The position numbers and the translations under genes are program-made. Of a stretch of 64,000 bases of DNA, positions 23,521 through 33,045 are shown in pieces. Every line of letters begins with the position of its first letter. Within the stretch, counting starts at the first letter, position 1. Source of the DNA: Bacteroidales bacterium. GTDB taxonomy: Bacteria; Bacteroidota; Bacteroidia; Bacteroidales; UBA932. The stretch covers positions 23,881-87,880 of the forward strand of contig JAFZBQ010000081.1 of the NCBI GenBank assembly GCA_017561665.1, in the 5' to 3' direction. Under the pieces are notes generated by a model. That model was not told the DNA's origin and searched no databases. It saw only the letters and a list, made by a program, of their open reading frames with translations.

Positions 23521-24393
23521 ATGGACTTTTTCGAAAAGTATTCTTACAGACCCGCCGACATCGATGCCAAGGTCGCCGCAGTGAAAGAGAATCTTGCACA
23601 GTGGCAGGACAAGAAAGTGTGGCGCGATGCACTGGGCATGATAGATTTGACCTCGCTGACGGTTAGCGACACCCCCACCAAAATCGCCGCCATGACCGAC
23701 AAGGTCAACCATTTTAACGAGATATATCCCGACTATCCGATGCCCGCATCGATATGCGTCTATCCCAATCTGGCCAAAGCCGTGGCAGACGCCAGATATA
23801 CCAAGGATATCCACATCACCGCCGTGGGCGGCGGATTCCCCGCTTCCCAGACGTTTCTCAGCGTCAAGATAGCCGAGTGCGTTGCCGCCGTAAAAGACGG
23901 CGCCGATGAAATTGACATCGTGCTCGCCCACAACTCTTTCTGCGATGGCCGCTACGACGATGCCGCCAAGGAGATTTCCGATATCAAGCAGGCGATTGTC
24001 TCTGTGAATCCGGCAGCCCACCTCAAGGTGATTCTGGAAACCGGCGCGCTGGCAAGCTGCGATGATATCGCCACCGCATCGTTCCTGGCGATTGAGGCTG
24101 GAGCCGATTTCATCAAGACCTCAACGGGTAAAATCGGTGTCTCCGCCACTCCCGAAGCCGCATACGTAATGTGCGAATGCATCAAGGCTTACTTCGATGC
24201 CACCGGTAAGAAGATAGGCTTCAAGCCCGCCGGCGGCGTCTCTTCTGCCAGCGACGCATCTCTCTACTATGGCATCGTGGATACCGTCCTTGGCAAGGAA
24301 TGGCTCAACAAGGGTCTGTTCCGGTTCGGTGCCAGCCGTATGGCCAACAACCTGCTCACAGCCCTCGAGGGCAAGGAAGTCAAATACTTCTAA
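23521..24393 (+). CDS. deoC: Deoxyribose-phosphate aldolase
   Basis: 290 aa. Schiff-base lysine context FIKTSTGK. Confidence 0.8.
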   Translation: MDFFEKYSYRPADIDAKVAAVKENLAQWQDKKVWRDALGMIDLTSLTVSDTPTKIAAMTDKVNHFNEIYPDYPMPASICVYPNLAKAVADARYTKDIHITAVGGGFPASQTFLSVKIAECVAAVKDGADEIDIVLAHNSFCDGRYDDAAKEISDIKQAIVSVNPAAHLKVILETGALASCDDIATASFLAIEAGADFIKTSTGKIGVSATPEAAYVMCECIKAYFDATGKKIGFKPAGGVSSASDASLYYGIVDTVLGKEWLNKGLFRFGASRMANNLLTALEGKEVKYF

Positions 24394-25706
24394 TTCAGAG
24401 GATGATCTTCGTGGAAAAGGAGTAACCTGCGCGCAAGCTCGGGTATGTCTTCCTTTGCTATAAGCGAAGTGCAGGCGCGGATTCCCTGGCGGGTGCTGCC
24501 GCAGGTATCCAGGCTGATGGCCGATATACCGTAGAAGAGCATCTCCTCCAGCAGTTCGGCGCCGGTCATGCCGGGATAGCCGTAGGTGAAGTAGAAGCCG
24601 TCGGCTATGTCCTCGTCCAAATCCTTGTCATAGGTTATCTCAAAGCCTGCGGCCAGGAATGCATCCTTCATTGCGCGCGCCTTGCGGCCGTATTCCAGCA
24701 CCTCTTCCCGGAAGTTGTAACTGCCGTCGCTGGCTGCCTTGAACAACGCAGCGAGTGCATATTGCGCCGAATGGGAAGTGCCGCTGGAGAGCGGATGCAG
24801 ACCGCCGTAGACCACGGCGTTGCGGAACACATCCGAAGAGTAGAACCGTTTCAGGTCGGGATATTTGCGGGCGGCCAGATGGTCGCTCATAGCCAGTATG
24901 GCGATACGCTCGCCGGCATAACTGAAGGCCTTGGAGCTGGAAATCAACAATATGTAATCGTCGGCATACTTACCCACCGAAGGTTGGTAAGGCGGCACGC
25001 CGGGGTGGCCATAGTCCTTGCGGAAATCCATCCCGAAATAGGCCAGATCCTCGATTACGATGACATCGTATTTGCGGGCCACCTCCCCTATTATCCTCAA
25101 TTCGTCTTCCGTGAGGCAAACCCACGAGGGGTTGTTGGGATTGGCATAGAGCAGGCTGTGGATATTGCCCTTGGAGAACATCTCCTCCAGCTTGCCACGC
25201 AGCTTTTCGCCACGGAAATCGTAGATATCGAATGATTCCACGGGGATTCCCAGCACCTTGTTCTGGAACTTGTGAACCGGGAAGCAGGGGTCAATAAACA
25301 GCGTGGTAGTCTTTCTGGCGTCGGTACGGCCGGCAATCATAAACGAGACGAATGCCGCCTGCATGGAGCCGACGGTGGCCAGGCAGTTTTCCGGCGCGAT
25401 GTCTATGTCTATGAAGTTCTTGATGAACCGCGAAGCCTCCTTGCGCAGAACGGGAATGCCGTCGATGTCGGGGTAATTGGCGGGTACGCCCTTTCGCAGC
25501 GCCTCGATTTGGGCGTCAATACCCACCTTGGCGGCGGGCAGGCCGGGATTGCCCATCTCCATATGGATGAAGTGGACTCCGCTGGCAGCCTCCAGGATAT
25601 CGGAGAGTTTCTTGATTTCGCGTATGGTTGCCTTACCCACACGGGGCAGGCCGCTATCGGCGAAAATTCGCCGCACCAGCGTCTCGTCCAGCAGATTGTG
25701 TTTCAT
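24390..25706 (-). CDS. PLP-dependent aminotransferase, class I/II
   Basis: 438 aa. Has NPNNPS and the PLP-lysine region SSSKAFSYAGERI. Confidence 0.8.
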   Translation of the reverse strand: MKHNLLDETLVRRIFADSGLPRVGKATIREIKKLSDILEAASGVHFIHMEMGNPGLPAAKVGIDAQIEALRKGVPANYPDIDGIPVLRKEASRFIKNFIDIDIAPENCLATVGSMQAAFVSFMIAGRTDARKTTTLFIDPCFPVHKFQNKVLGIPVESFDIYDFRGEKLRGKLEEMFSKGNIHSLLYANPNNPSWVCLTEDELRIIGEVARKYDVIVIEDLAYFGMDFRKDYGHPGVPPYQPSVGKYADDYILLISSSKAFSYAGERIAILAMSDHLAARKYPDLKRFYSSDVFRNAVVYGGLHPLSSGTSHSAQYALAALFKAASDGSYNFREEVLEYGRKARAMKDAFLAAGFEITYDKDLDEDIADGFYFTYGYPGMTGAELLEEMLFYGISAISLDTCGSTRQGIRACTSLIAKEDIPELARRLLLFHEDHPLN

Positions 25707-25712
25707 AGAGCC

Positions 25713-26912
25713 TTAGATTGTGCGGCCGGGATACTCCTTGAGGGCCTTTTCCAGACATACCAGGGCTGCGCGCAGGTCCTCTTCCTTGAGCACATACGCA
25801 AAGCGTGCCTGGTTCTTGCCCAGACCCTTGGTTACATAGAAACCGGCCATAGGTGCAAACATCACCGTCTGATTGTTGTAGTTGAACTCTTCCAGCAGCC
25901 AGCGGCAGAACTTTTCGGCATCGTCCACCGGCAGCTCCACGGCCGCATAGAAGGCGCCCAGAGGCATCGGGCAAACTATTCCCTCTATCTTGTTCAAGCC
26001 CTCCACCAGAATCTGGCGACGCTTGAGGTATTCCTTCTTGACATCGTCAAAATACGACTGAGGCGTATCCAGGGCGGCGAGGGCTGCGATCTGGCCCCAT
26101 TTGCTGCAGCAAAGGCGCGCCTGTGCGTATTTGAGCACCAGTGGCATAAACTCCTTGTTGCGGGATACGATAAAGCCTACGCGGGCACCGCACATACTGT
26201 AACGCTTGGACACCGAGTCGATGAGGATGATATTGTCGTCCATATCGGGCACCTGCATAAACGAGAAGTGCGGCTCGTCGGTATAGCAAAACTCGCGGTA
26301 AACCTCGTCTGCAATGATGAACAGGCCGTGCTTTTTGGCAATGCTGCACAGTTGCAGGACATCTTCCTTGCTGTAGAGCTTGCCCGTCGGGTTGGCGGGG
26401 TTGCAGATCAGTATCGCCTTGGTTTTGGGAGTGATGACCTTCTCCACCTCGCTCATCGGCGGCAGTGCAAAGCCGTCCTCGATATGGGTGGTGATGGGCA
26501 CAAGCTTGGCGTCGAACTGAATCGAGAAGGTGTTGTAGTTGGTATAGAACGGCTCAAACACGATAATCTCGTCGCCGGGGTCGCAGATGGCCTCTATGGA
26601 GATCTGGATGGCCTCGCTGCCGCCGTGGGTTACGATTATGTCCTTGGTCTCCACGTCTATGCCGATGCCTTTGTAATAGCCCACCATACCCTCGCGCAGA
26701 GGCAGGTCGCCCAGCGAGTTGGGGTAGGATATGATAGAAAGTTTATTGTTCCTGACGGCCTCCAGCGCCACTTCGGGCGAGTCCAGGTCGGGCTGACCCA
26801 TATTCAGGCGATAGATCTTGATGCCGCGCTTTGCGGTTTCATCACTCAGGGGGATAAGCTTTCTGATTGGGGAATAAGGCATTGCAAGCGCCTTCTTGGA
26901 AAATGTCAGCAT
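25713..26912 (-). CDS. PLP-dependent aminotransferase (AspC/AlaT-like)
   Basis: 399 aa. Has NPANPTG and SVSKRYSMCGARVG. Confidence 0.85.
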   Translation of the reverse strand: MLTFSKKALAMPYSPIRKLIPLSDETAKRGIKIYRLNMGQPDLDSPEVALEAVRNNKLSIISYPNSLGDLPLREGMVGYYKGIGIDVETKDIIVTHGGSEAIQISIEAICDPGDEIIVFEPFYTNYNTFSIQFDAKLVPITTHIEDGFALPPMSEVEKVITPKTKAILICNPANPTGKLYSKEDVLQLCSIAKKHGLFIIADEVYREFCYTDEPHFSFMQVPDMDDNIILIDSVSKRYSMCGARVGFIVSRNKEFMPLVLKYAQARLCCSKWGQIAALAALDTPQSYFDDVKKEYLKRRQILVEGLNKIEGIVCPMPLGAFYAAVELPVDDAEKFCRWLLEEFNYNNQTVMFAPMAGFYVTKGLGKNQARFAYVLKEEDLRAALVCLEKALKEYPGRTI

Positions 26913-26924
26913 ATCTGTTTCTAT

Positions 26925-28385
26925 TTATTGTCTTTCATAAAGTGCCAGTTGCTTCAAAAAGCCCTCAATCTTGGGCTGGATTGCGCGCGTGGGACAGTCG
27001 TAGTTGTTCACCATTATCGCAAACCTCAACATATCGCCGCCCTCAGTCTCAACGTACCCCGCGTAGCATTTGACCGCCGTCATGGATCCGCTCTTGCAGT
27101 GGATGCGGCTGCGCAGGCTTTCGGGCTCCTTTGAGAGCACATACTTGAGGGTTCCTTCGCCGCCAGGGGTCGGGAACGAGGCCAAGTACTCGGCAAATAT
27201 ATTGCTCTTTTGCATTATTCGGTAGAAATTGCAGAAAAAACGGGGCGAAATAAAGTTGAACCGGCTCAATCCACTGCCGTCGTCCTGCCTCAATCCGGTG
27301 GTTCTGCAACCCATAGTGCCGATATACTCCTCCACCGCCTTTGGCGCCGTGGAATAACTCGCTTCCCCCGTCAGGTACAACCCCAGCATCATAAACAGCG
27401 TCTCCGCAAAGAAATTGTTGCTCTTGGTGTTGGTCTCGCGGCAGATGTCAGGCAGCGAGGGAGAGAAGGTGGTTATCAGCAATTTAGCCGTATCGGGGGT
27501 CGCACCCAGCGATGCGCCTCTGGTTTGGATTCCTTCTGATGCCAGGCACACATTGAAGGCCTCGGCACAGGTCAGCGCCGGGAATTTGTTGGATACCGCA
27601 ATGGTGTCGATTCTGCGGTCGGCGGCGTAGGTGCCGGTGAAACGGCCCACCGGTGAGAGGTCACTGGCGTAATATGTCAGCTTATTGCCGGTCTTGGATG
27701 CGCCCGTAACAGCATCCTGACGGACATTCATCTCGGAATAAACCGCCTCCACGGGGGAGATTTGCAGGCTGTCGCCTTCTGCAAAGCCCGGTTCCACACG
27801 GTAGTAAGAGAGGTTTTCGGCAAATGAGAGGCCGCACGGGCCGCTGCCGTAGTCGGTACCCAGGTCGCTCCAGCACCAATTGTCCTGGATGATGCCCTCC
27901 TTGAAGATGCCGGCATCGCCCTTCACTCTGCCATCGACGGCGGTGATTCCAACCGCCTTAATGGCATTTGTCCACTTGCCGAACACCAGATTGATATCTT
28001 CTGCGATGGGGCTGTGCGAACCCAGAGTCGGGTCGCCGCCGCCTATGATGTAGAGATCTCCGTGCAGCACACCGTCTTCATCTACGGTGCCCGCGGCGGC
28101 TATCTTGGTTTCAAATCGGAAGTCGGGGCCAAGGACGTCCAGAGCCACGCCGGTGGTTATGGTCTTCATGGTCGATGCCGAAAGCAGCGGCAGGTCGGCA
28201 TTCCACTGCGCCACCGTCTTTCCGCGGCCGTCCACCGCCAGAATCGCCACAGCGGCATTTTTGAGCAGCGTGTCGGTCTTCATACTCTGGTCGACATAGC
28301 GCTGCACGTTGTTCTGGGCAAACACTGGCGCCGGCGCCAGCAGCACCGCCGCAACGACCAGGCAGAACAGTTTCTTCAGCATCAC
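26925..28385 (-). CDS. dacB: D-alanyl-D-alanine carboxypeptidase/endopeptidase (PBP4, S13)
   Basis: 486 aa with a signal peptide, SASTMK (SxxK) and KSGS (KTG-like) motifs. Confidence 0.85.
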   Translation of the reverse strand: MMLKKLFCLVVAAVLLAPAPVFAQNNVQRYVDQSMKTDTLLKNAAVAILAVDGRGKTVAQWNADLPLLSASTMKTITTGVALDVLGPDFRFETKIAAAGTVDEDGVLHGDLYIIGGGDPTLGSHSPIAEDINLVFGKWTNAIKAVGITAVDGRVKGDAGIFKEGIIQDNWCWSDLGTDYGSGPCGLSFAENLSYYRVEPGFAEGDSLQISPVEAVYSEMNVRQDAVTGASKTGNKLTYYASDLSPVGRFTGTYAADRRIDTIAVSNKFPALTCAEAFNVCLASEGIQTRGASLGATPDTAKLLITTFSPSLPDICRETNTKSNNFFAETLFMMLGLYLTGEASYSTAPKAVEEYIGTMGCRTTGLRQDDGSGLSRFNFISPRFFCNFYRIMQKSNIFAEYLASFPTPGGEGTLKYVLSKEPESLRSRIHCKSGSMTAVKCYAGYVETEGGDMLRFAIMVNNYDCPTRAIQPKIEGFLKQLALYERQ

Positions 28386-28434
28386 CGAAAGAATTATGTT
28401 GCAAAGATAAAGAAAATGAAAGAATCATTTTTCT

Positions 28435-28442
28435 TATATTTG
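28435..28442 (+). promoter_or_regulatory. TAnnTTTG -7 box about 200 nt upstream of the RhuM-Doc gene
   Basis: TATATTTG read directly. It implies a long GC-rich leader (28443-28645). Confidence 0.35.
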
Positions 28443-28645
28443 CATATCTCTTGAACGGGATATACGGCTGGCTGCGGAGATCGCGTAACTACCCTGCACC
28501 AGGGGGCCCATAAATGTACACTGGTGTCTTCTATGACACTGCCGACACCGCCGATTCCGTTTCTTGTAATGGGAAAATATGGTCGCAACAGTCCGCGCAA
28601 ATAGTGCGTGGAGCGGTTGAACACACCTTTAAAACATTACAAGAT

Positions 28646-29665
28646 ATGGAAAAAACATTCAATCAAAACATGCCCGGAGGAGAGATCATCCTCTACCAGA
28701 CTGCCGACGGCAAGGCAAACATCGATGTCAAACTCGAAAATGAGACCGTGTGGCTCACGCAGGACCAACTAGTCCAATTATTTGACAGAGATAAATCCGT
28801 TATTTCAAGGCACATCAAAAACATCTTCGAAGAAGGTGAGCTCGATCCCAAAGTGGTTGTTGCAAAAAATGCAACTACCACTCCACATGGCGCCCTAAGG
28901 GGTAAATGGCAGACACACGAAGTTGTTTACTACAACCTAGACGTCATTATTTCCGTTGGTTATCGCGTCAAGTCCCAACGCGGCACCCAGTTCCGCATCT
29001 GGGCCAATTCCGTCCTCAAAGAATATTTGGTCAAGGGCTATGCAGTAAAGAACGAACTTGCTCAACAAAAGTATGAAGAATTGAAGGCCCTGGTGGATGT
29101 GATGGGCAGGACAATGGGATATCTGGAAACCCCGGCAGACGACCAGATCAAATCCATCTTCGATGTCGTCAAGGACTATACCTACGCGCTGGATACCCTC
29201 GACAACTATGATTACCAGCGGCTGCCTGTCAAGGCAACGACAAGGGAGACTTTTCACGCGACCTACGACAATGCGATGGAAGTAATCCACAGTCTCAAGG
29301 ACAAGTTTGGCGGCAGCGACCTTTTCGGACACGAAAAAGACGAATCCTTCAGGAGTTCCATCGGCCAGATATATCAGACGTGGGACGGCATCGACCTATA
29401 TCCATCGGTAGAAGAAAAGGCCGCTATGCTGCTCTATCTGGTTGTCAAGAATCACTCCTTCTCCGACGGCAATAAGCGCATCGCCGCCACGCTGTTCCTG
29501 TGGTTTATGGACAAGAACCGTATACTTTATTCATCCGACGGCCACAAACGCATCGCCGACAATGCCCTCGTCGCCCTCACGCTGATGATTGCGGAGAGCA
29601 AGATGGACGAGATGGATATTATGGTCAAAGTTGTGGTCAACCTGATCAATGGGGATAACAAATAA
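28646..29665 (+). CDS. RhuM-family protein fused to a Doc/Fic-type domain
   Basis: ORF 28514..29665 trimmed to ATG 28646. The N-terminal half (EIILYQTADGKANIDVKLENETVWLTQDQLVQLF...VISVGYRVKSQRGTQFRIWA) is RhuM-like. The C-terminus has HSFSDGNKRIAATL, a Doc-type Fic motif. Confidence 0.8.
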   Translation: MEKTFNQNMPGGEIILYQTADGKANIDVKLENETVWLTQDQLVQLFDRDKSVISRHIKNIFEEGELDPKVVVAKNATTTPHGALRGKWQTHEVVYYNLDVIISVGYRVKSQRGTQFRIWANSVLKEYLVKGYAVKNELAQQKYEELKALVDVMGRTMGYLETPADDQIKSIFDVVKDYTYALDTLDNYDYQRLPVKATTRETFHATYDNAMEVIHSLKDKFGGSDLFGHEKDESFRSSIGQIYQTWDGIDLYPSVEEKAAMLLYLVVKNHSFSDGNKRIAATLFLWFMDKNRILYSSDGHKRIADNALVALTLMIAESKMDEMDIMVKVVVNLINGDNK

Positions 29666-29680
29666 TAAATTCACAAACAT

Positions 29681-29782
29681 ACCCTTAAAACAATTCAAGA
29701 TATGGGAAAACAAATAATTCTCAACATTGCGAATTATTCGCGAATTATTACTAACTTTGCATTGAAGACTTGTGGCGTATGA
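29681..29782 (+). pseudogene. Ghost 5' end of a second RhuM-like gene
   Basis: 29681-29710 matches 28625-28654 (leader plus ATG of the RhuM gene) at 26/30 ungapped positions. The residual ORF MGKQIILNIANY... stops after 26 codons. Confidence 0.5.
29752..29759 (+). promoter_or_regulatory. TAnnTTTG -7 box for higBA
   Basis: TAACTTTG, preceded by the near-palindrome TGCGAATTATTCGCGA (29728-29743). Confidence 0.45.
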
Positions 29783-30096
29783 ATGTGATGTTTGATAGCA
29801 CCGCTTTGGAAGAGTTGTATAGTATCGGAACGACATCGTCTCATATGTACAACAAGTTGCCCGCTGACATTATCAAACGGTTCGTCAAAACTGTTAATTA
29901 TTTGAAAGCGGCTCGACGAATAGAAGATTTGTATGTCATCAAGTCATTGCATTATGAGAAGAAATCCGGCGACTTGAATGGCGTAGAAGCCGTATGGATC
30001 AATGACCAATACCGCATATTGTTCAGTAGCTCGCCAAACGAAGAAGGCATAATAGTGAATGTGTTAATCACAGAAATATCCAAGCACTATGAGTAA
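29779..30096 (+). CDS. higB: HigB-type (plasmid maintenance killer, RelE/ParE superfamily) toxin
   Basis: About 105 aa. Overlaps the downstream HTH antitoxin by 8 nt, which is the toxin-first order typical of HigBA. The sequence ...VKTVNYLKAARRIEDL...WINDQYRILF is family-like. ATG 29779 or 29788. Confidence 0.75.
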   Translation: MNVMFDSTALEELYSIGTTSSHMYNKLPADIIKRFVKTVNYLKAARRIEDLYVIKSLHYEKKSGDLNGVEAVWINDQYRILFSSSPNEEGIIVNVLITEISKHYE

Positions 30097-30454
30097 GAAA
30101 GATTTGACCCCTTTTGTTGCAACACATCCTGGAGAACTTATAAAGGATGAGCTTCAGGCACGGAAGATGACACAAAAGCAACTGGCACAACTTGCCGGAA
30201 TTGCCGAATCTGTGCTTAGCGAAATAGTCAATGGCAAACGTAGTATTTCTATCAATACAGCAATTGCTTTAGAAAAGGCCATTGAGATACCCGCAGATTA
30301 TTGGGTGAATCTTCAATCCCAATACGATTTGGATTCATCCGTAATAGCCTTACGAGATAAAAAAAAAGCTACTGCGACACTTACCATTCCGGCTCGGGAT
30401 AGACGCCTGCTACAGGAAATTGCCCATAAGTTCGGTTGGGCGTGCGTGTTTTAG
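30089..30454 (+). CDS. higA: HigA-type HTH (XRE) antitoxin with C-terminal extension
   Basis: HPGELIKDELQARKMTQKQLAQLAGIAESVLSEIVNGKRSISINTAIALEKA is classic HigA. About 40 extra C-terminal residues. Confidence 0.8.
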   Translation: MSKKDLTPFVATHPGELIKDELQARKMTQKQLAQLAGIAESVLSEIVNGKRSISINTAIALEKAIEIPADYWVNLQSQYDLDSSVIALRDKKKATATLTIPARDRRLLQEIAHKFGWACVF

Positions 30455-30474
30455 CATATTCCCTTCTAAATCGC

Positions 30475-30520
30475 CTGGGACCGCAACGGAAAGAAGATTA
30501 ACACGAGGTCGGCGAGATAG
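30475..30520 (+). pseudogene. Ghost 3' end (last 15 codons plus stop) of a paralog of the 33046..33438 gene
   Basis: 42/46 nt identical to 33393-33438. All 4 differences are synonymous third positions (WDRNGKKINTRSAR*). Confidence 0.75.
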
Positions 30521-30717
30521 CAGGAAGGATGCCCCGAGTAACTGCTGCCCCCTTTATGCAGCTCATAACCGCGAAGTACAAATTGACGCCCGTCTTTGGA
30601 TTTCGCTACTGCATTACCCCCCGTTTTCCCCGTTATCTTGCAGCGAGACACAAATACTGGTCGTTATTTGTACCTCGGTTCACCGAAATGAGTATTTGTG
30701 AAATTATGAAATATTGG

Positions 30718-30725
30718 TAACTTTG
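30718..30725 (+). promoter_or_regulatory. TAnnTTTG -7 box for parDE
   Basis: TAACTTTG, followed by the TTGTACAA palindrome just before ATG 30743. Confidence 0.45.
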
Positions 30726-30742
30726 TGCAAACGTTTTGTACA

Positions 30743-30991
30743 ATGAAGACTACTTCTGTTGCGCTTGGCCAACATTTCGAGGAATTTATCCAGGCAAGCA
30801 TCCTAAGCGGGCGTTATAACAACGCCAGCGAAGTTGTCCGTTCCGGTCTCCGTCTTCTTGAGGATCGCGAGCAAAAAATGGCCGCGCTACGCTCTGCCAT
30901 CGAAGAGGGTTTGAATAGTGGTATTGTGGAAGATTTCGATACGCAGGATTTCCTGCTGCAGATGAAGGAGCGCAAATATGGCAAGATTTGA
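30743..30991 (+). CDS. parD: ParD-family antitoxin
   Basis: ORF trimmed to ATG 30743. MKTTSVALGQHFEEFIQASILSGRYNNASEVVRSGLRLLEDRE is typical of ParD/CopG-like antitoxins. Confidence 0.85.
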   Translation: MKTTSVALGQHFEEFIQASILSGRYNNASEVVRSGLRLLEDREQKMAALRSAIEEGLNSGIVEDFDTQDFLLQMKERKYGKI

Positions 30992-31295
30992 CATCACCAA
31001 AGAGGCCACAGACGACCTCTACAAGATTTGGGATTATACCGTTGATACCTGGTCAGAAGAACAGGCCGATAAGTATTATTCTGAGCTTATAGCCTCTTTT
31101 GAGGTCATTTCAGCCTCGCCATTAAATATCGGGAAGCCGTTTGATGAAATCATTCCGGGCATTCGCGGCCACCACGTCAGGCGGCATATGGTATTCTACG
31201 CCACGCAAGCTAACGGTCGAGTTCTGAGAGTTCGTGTTCTTCACGAGAAAATGGACTATCCACGCCACCTCAATCCATATATAGATGAGGCCTGA
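30978..31295 (+). CDS. parE: ParE/RelE-family toxin
   Basis: 105 aa, overlaps parD by 14 nt. DLYKIWDYTVDTWSEEQADKYYSEL...VLHEKMD is family-like. Confidence 0.85.
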   Translation: MARFDITKEATDDLYKIWDYTVDTWSEEQADKYYSELIASFEVISASPLNIGKPFDEIIPGIRGHHVRRHMVFYATQANGRVLRVRVLHEKMDYPRHLNPYIDEA

Positions 31296-31306
31296 CATCT
31301 GTCGCG

Positions 31307-31327
31307 CACTGCCATATTTTGGCAATA
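31307..31327. promoter_or_regulatory. Palindromic operator site 1 (CACTGCC-atatttt-GGCAATA)
   Basis: 7-N7-7 palindrome ending 46 nt before the AAA+ ATG. 31307-31326 is identical to 41202-41221. Confidence 0.6.
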
Positions 31328-31373
31328 TCATAGTATTTCTTTGCACCTTGAAAGAAAGGTTAAAAGTAATACT

Positions 31374-33014
31374 ATGGGAAACACTATCATTGACTTGATG
31401 TACAACATTAGGGAGAAGATGCGAAATGAGACAGGCGCAATGGCTATGTCAAATACTGGCAAAGCAAAAGATGAAATAGATGCACTCGCCGCAAGGCTTA
31501 ATCTGACTTCTATTCAATCTGTTTTTCTCACTGCAATTGTACAACGTTCTGGCAGGTATCGTCTGGACACGGACGACATCGCCTCTTTACTGGACCTTGA
31601 CTACCTTGACTTTCTCCGATACGACAGCGACTTGGAAACGCTGCGTAAACGCGGTTATATCCGTATTGACCTTGAGGGACAAATCACTATGCCTAAACAT
31701 GTGCTTAAAGCACTTAAAAATGATCAGGATATAACGCCTGAAACTGTCAGTGGTCTTTCAACAGGGCAGATACTTGTTCGCATCAAGCGTCAGCTAAGCT
31801 TTCTTGAAAACAATGAACAGAGCATAGAGGAGGTGTGCGAAATGGTCTGGCTATATATCACAGAGAATCCTGACACCAGTATCTCACGCACTTTCGCAAG
31901 GCATCGACGTATGAACCACATCATCGACAAAGAGTTAATTGTTCTTTGCGCACTTATCTTCAGATACTGGTTTAAGGACGACGATATGGTAGGATGGCAC
32001 GATATGGATGATTATTTCGAAGATGATGTGTTGGAAGATATGCGATCCTCATATTATGTAGAACATCTTATGTTACAGCGATGCGGCATCATAGAATTTA
32101 CTTCAGAAGGTGGTATGCTTACCAAAGACTACTTTCACATCAAGGATGACATCAAGGCCGAAATATTCGCTGATGTTGGTGGCCTAAAACAAAAAAAACA
32201 GCAAGTATCAGCCTCCCGCAAGCTCGAAGCCGGGCAGATATCACCAAAGGCGTTGTTCTACAACGATGCCGAGGGGCGTCAAGTGGAGCAGCTGCGCCTA
32301 TTGCTCAGCGAAAAGCGGTATGCAGAAATTCGCTCCAAGATTAAAGAAAAAGGTCTGCGCACAGGCTTCTCCTGCCTGCTTTACGGCGGTCCCGGCACAG
32401 GTAAGACCGAAACTGTGTACCAGCTAGCCCGCGAGTGCGGCCGCGACCTTTACATCGTGGACGTCTCCCAAATCAAGAGCTGCTGGGTCGGCGAGACCGA
32501 AAAGAACATCAAGGACGTGTTCAATAAATACCGTGCGTGCGTGGCCTCCGGCAGCACAGTGCCCATCCTCCTCTTCAACGAGGCCGACGCCATCTTCGGC
32601 ATCCGCCAGGAGGGCGCCTCCCGCGCCGTGGACAAGATGGAAAACAGCATGCAGAACATAATCCTCCAGGAGATGGAGGACCTCGACGGCATCCTGATAG
32701 CCACCACCAACCTCACCCAGAATCTGGACAGGGCATTCGAGCGCCGCTTCCTCTACAAGGTTCGCTTTAACAAGCCCTCCATGGAGGCCAAGACACACAT
32801 CTGGCAGACCATGATACCGTCACTCTCCGACGGCGAGGCAGAGCAGCTTGCCCGCGAGTTCGACCTCAGCGGCGGCCAGATAGAAAACGTTGCCCGCAAG
32901 AAAGCCATCAGTGACATAATCGGCCTTTCCGACAGCGGTTTCGACGCAATCCGCACCCTCTGCTCCGAGGAGACCATCACACGCTCGGCACCCATCAGAA
33001 AGATTGGGTATTAG
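31374..33014 (+). CDS. Classic-clade AAA+ ATPase with ~330-aa unknown N-terminal region
   Basis: ORF trimmed to ATG 31374. Walker A LLYGGPGTGKTE, Walker B ILLFNEADAIF, second region of homology ATTNLTQNLDRAFERRF. Confidence 0.85.
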   Translation: MGNTIIDLMYNIREKMRNETGAMAMSNTGKAKDEIDALAARLNLTSIQSVFLTAIVQRSGRYRLDTDDIASLLDLDYLDFLRYDSDLETLRKRGYIRIDLEGQITMPKHVLKALKNDQDITPETVSGLSTGQILVRIKRQLSFLENNEQSIEEVCEMVWLYITENPDTSISRTFARHRRMNHIIDKELIVLCALIFRYWFKDDDMVGWHDMDDYFEDDVLEDMRSSYYVEHLMLQRCGIIEFTSEGGMLTKDYFHIKDDIKAEIFADVGGLKQKKQQVSASRKLEAGQISPKALFYNDAEGRQVEQLRLLLSEKRYAEIRSKIKEKGLRTGFSCLLYGGPGTGKTETVYQLARECGRDLYIVDVSQIKSCWVGETEKNIKDVFNKYRACVASGSTVPILLFNEADAIFGIRQEGASRAVDKMENSMQNIILQEMEDLDGILIATTNLTQNLDRAFERRFLYKVRFNKPSMEAKTHIWQTMIPSLSDGEAEQLAREFDLSGGQIENVARKKAISDIIGLSDSGFDAIRTLCSEETITRSAPIRKIGY

Positions 33015-33045
33015 AGCGGGTTCGGCGGCGATACGGGCATAAAAT

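Noticed and set aside
25272-27134. 620-aa + strand ORF spanning two aminotransferase genes and the end of dacB
   Set aside because: This is a shadow ORF typical of GC-rich coding DNA. It crosses two intergenic gaps of well-supported minus-strand genes and has no recognisable motifs.
30466-30651. 61-aa minus-strand ORF (MSRCKITGKTGGNAVAKSKDGRQFVLRGYEL...) in the higA-parD spacer
   Set aside because: It overlaps the plus-strand ghost fragment of the 130-aa gene and has no promoter box or RBS context. It is more likely non-coding junction DNA.
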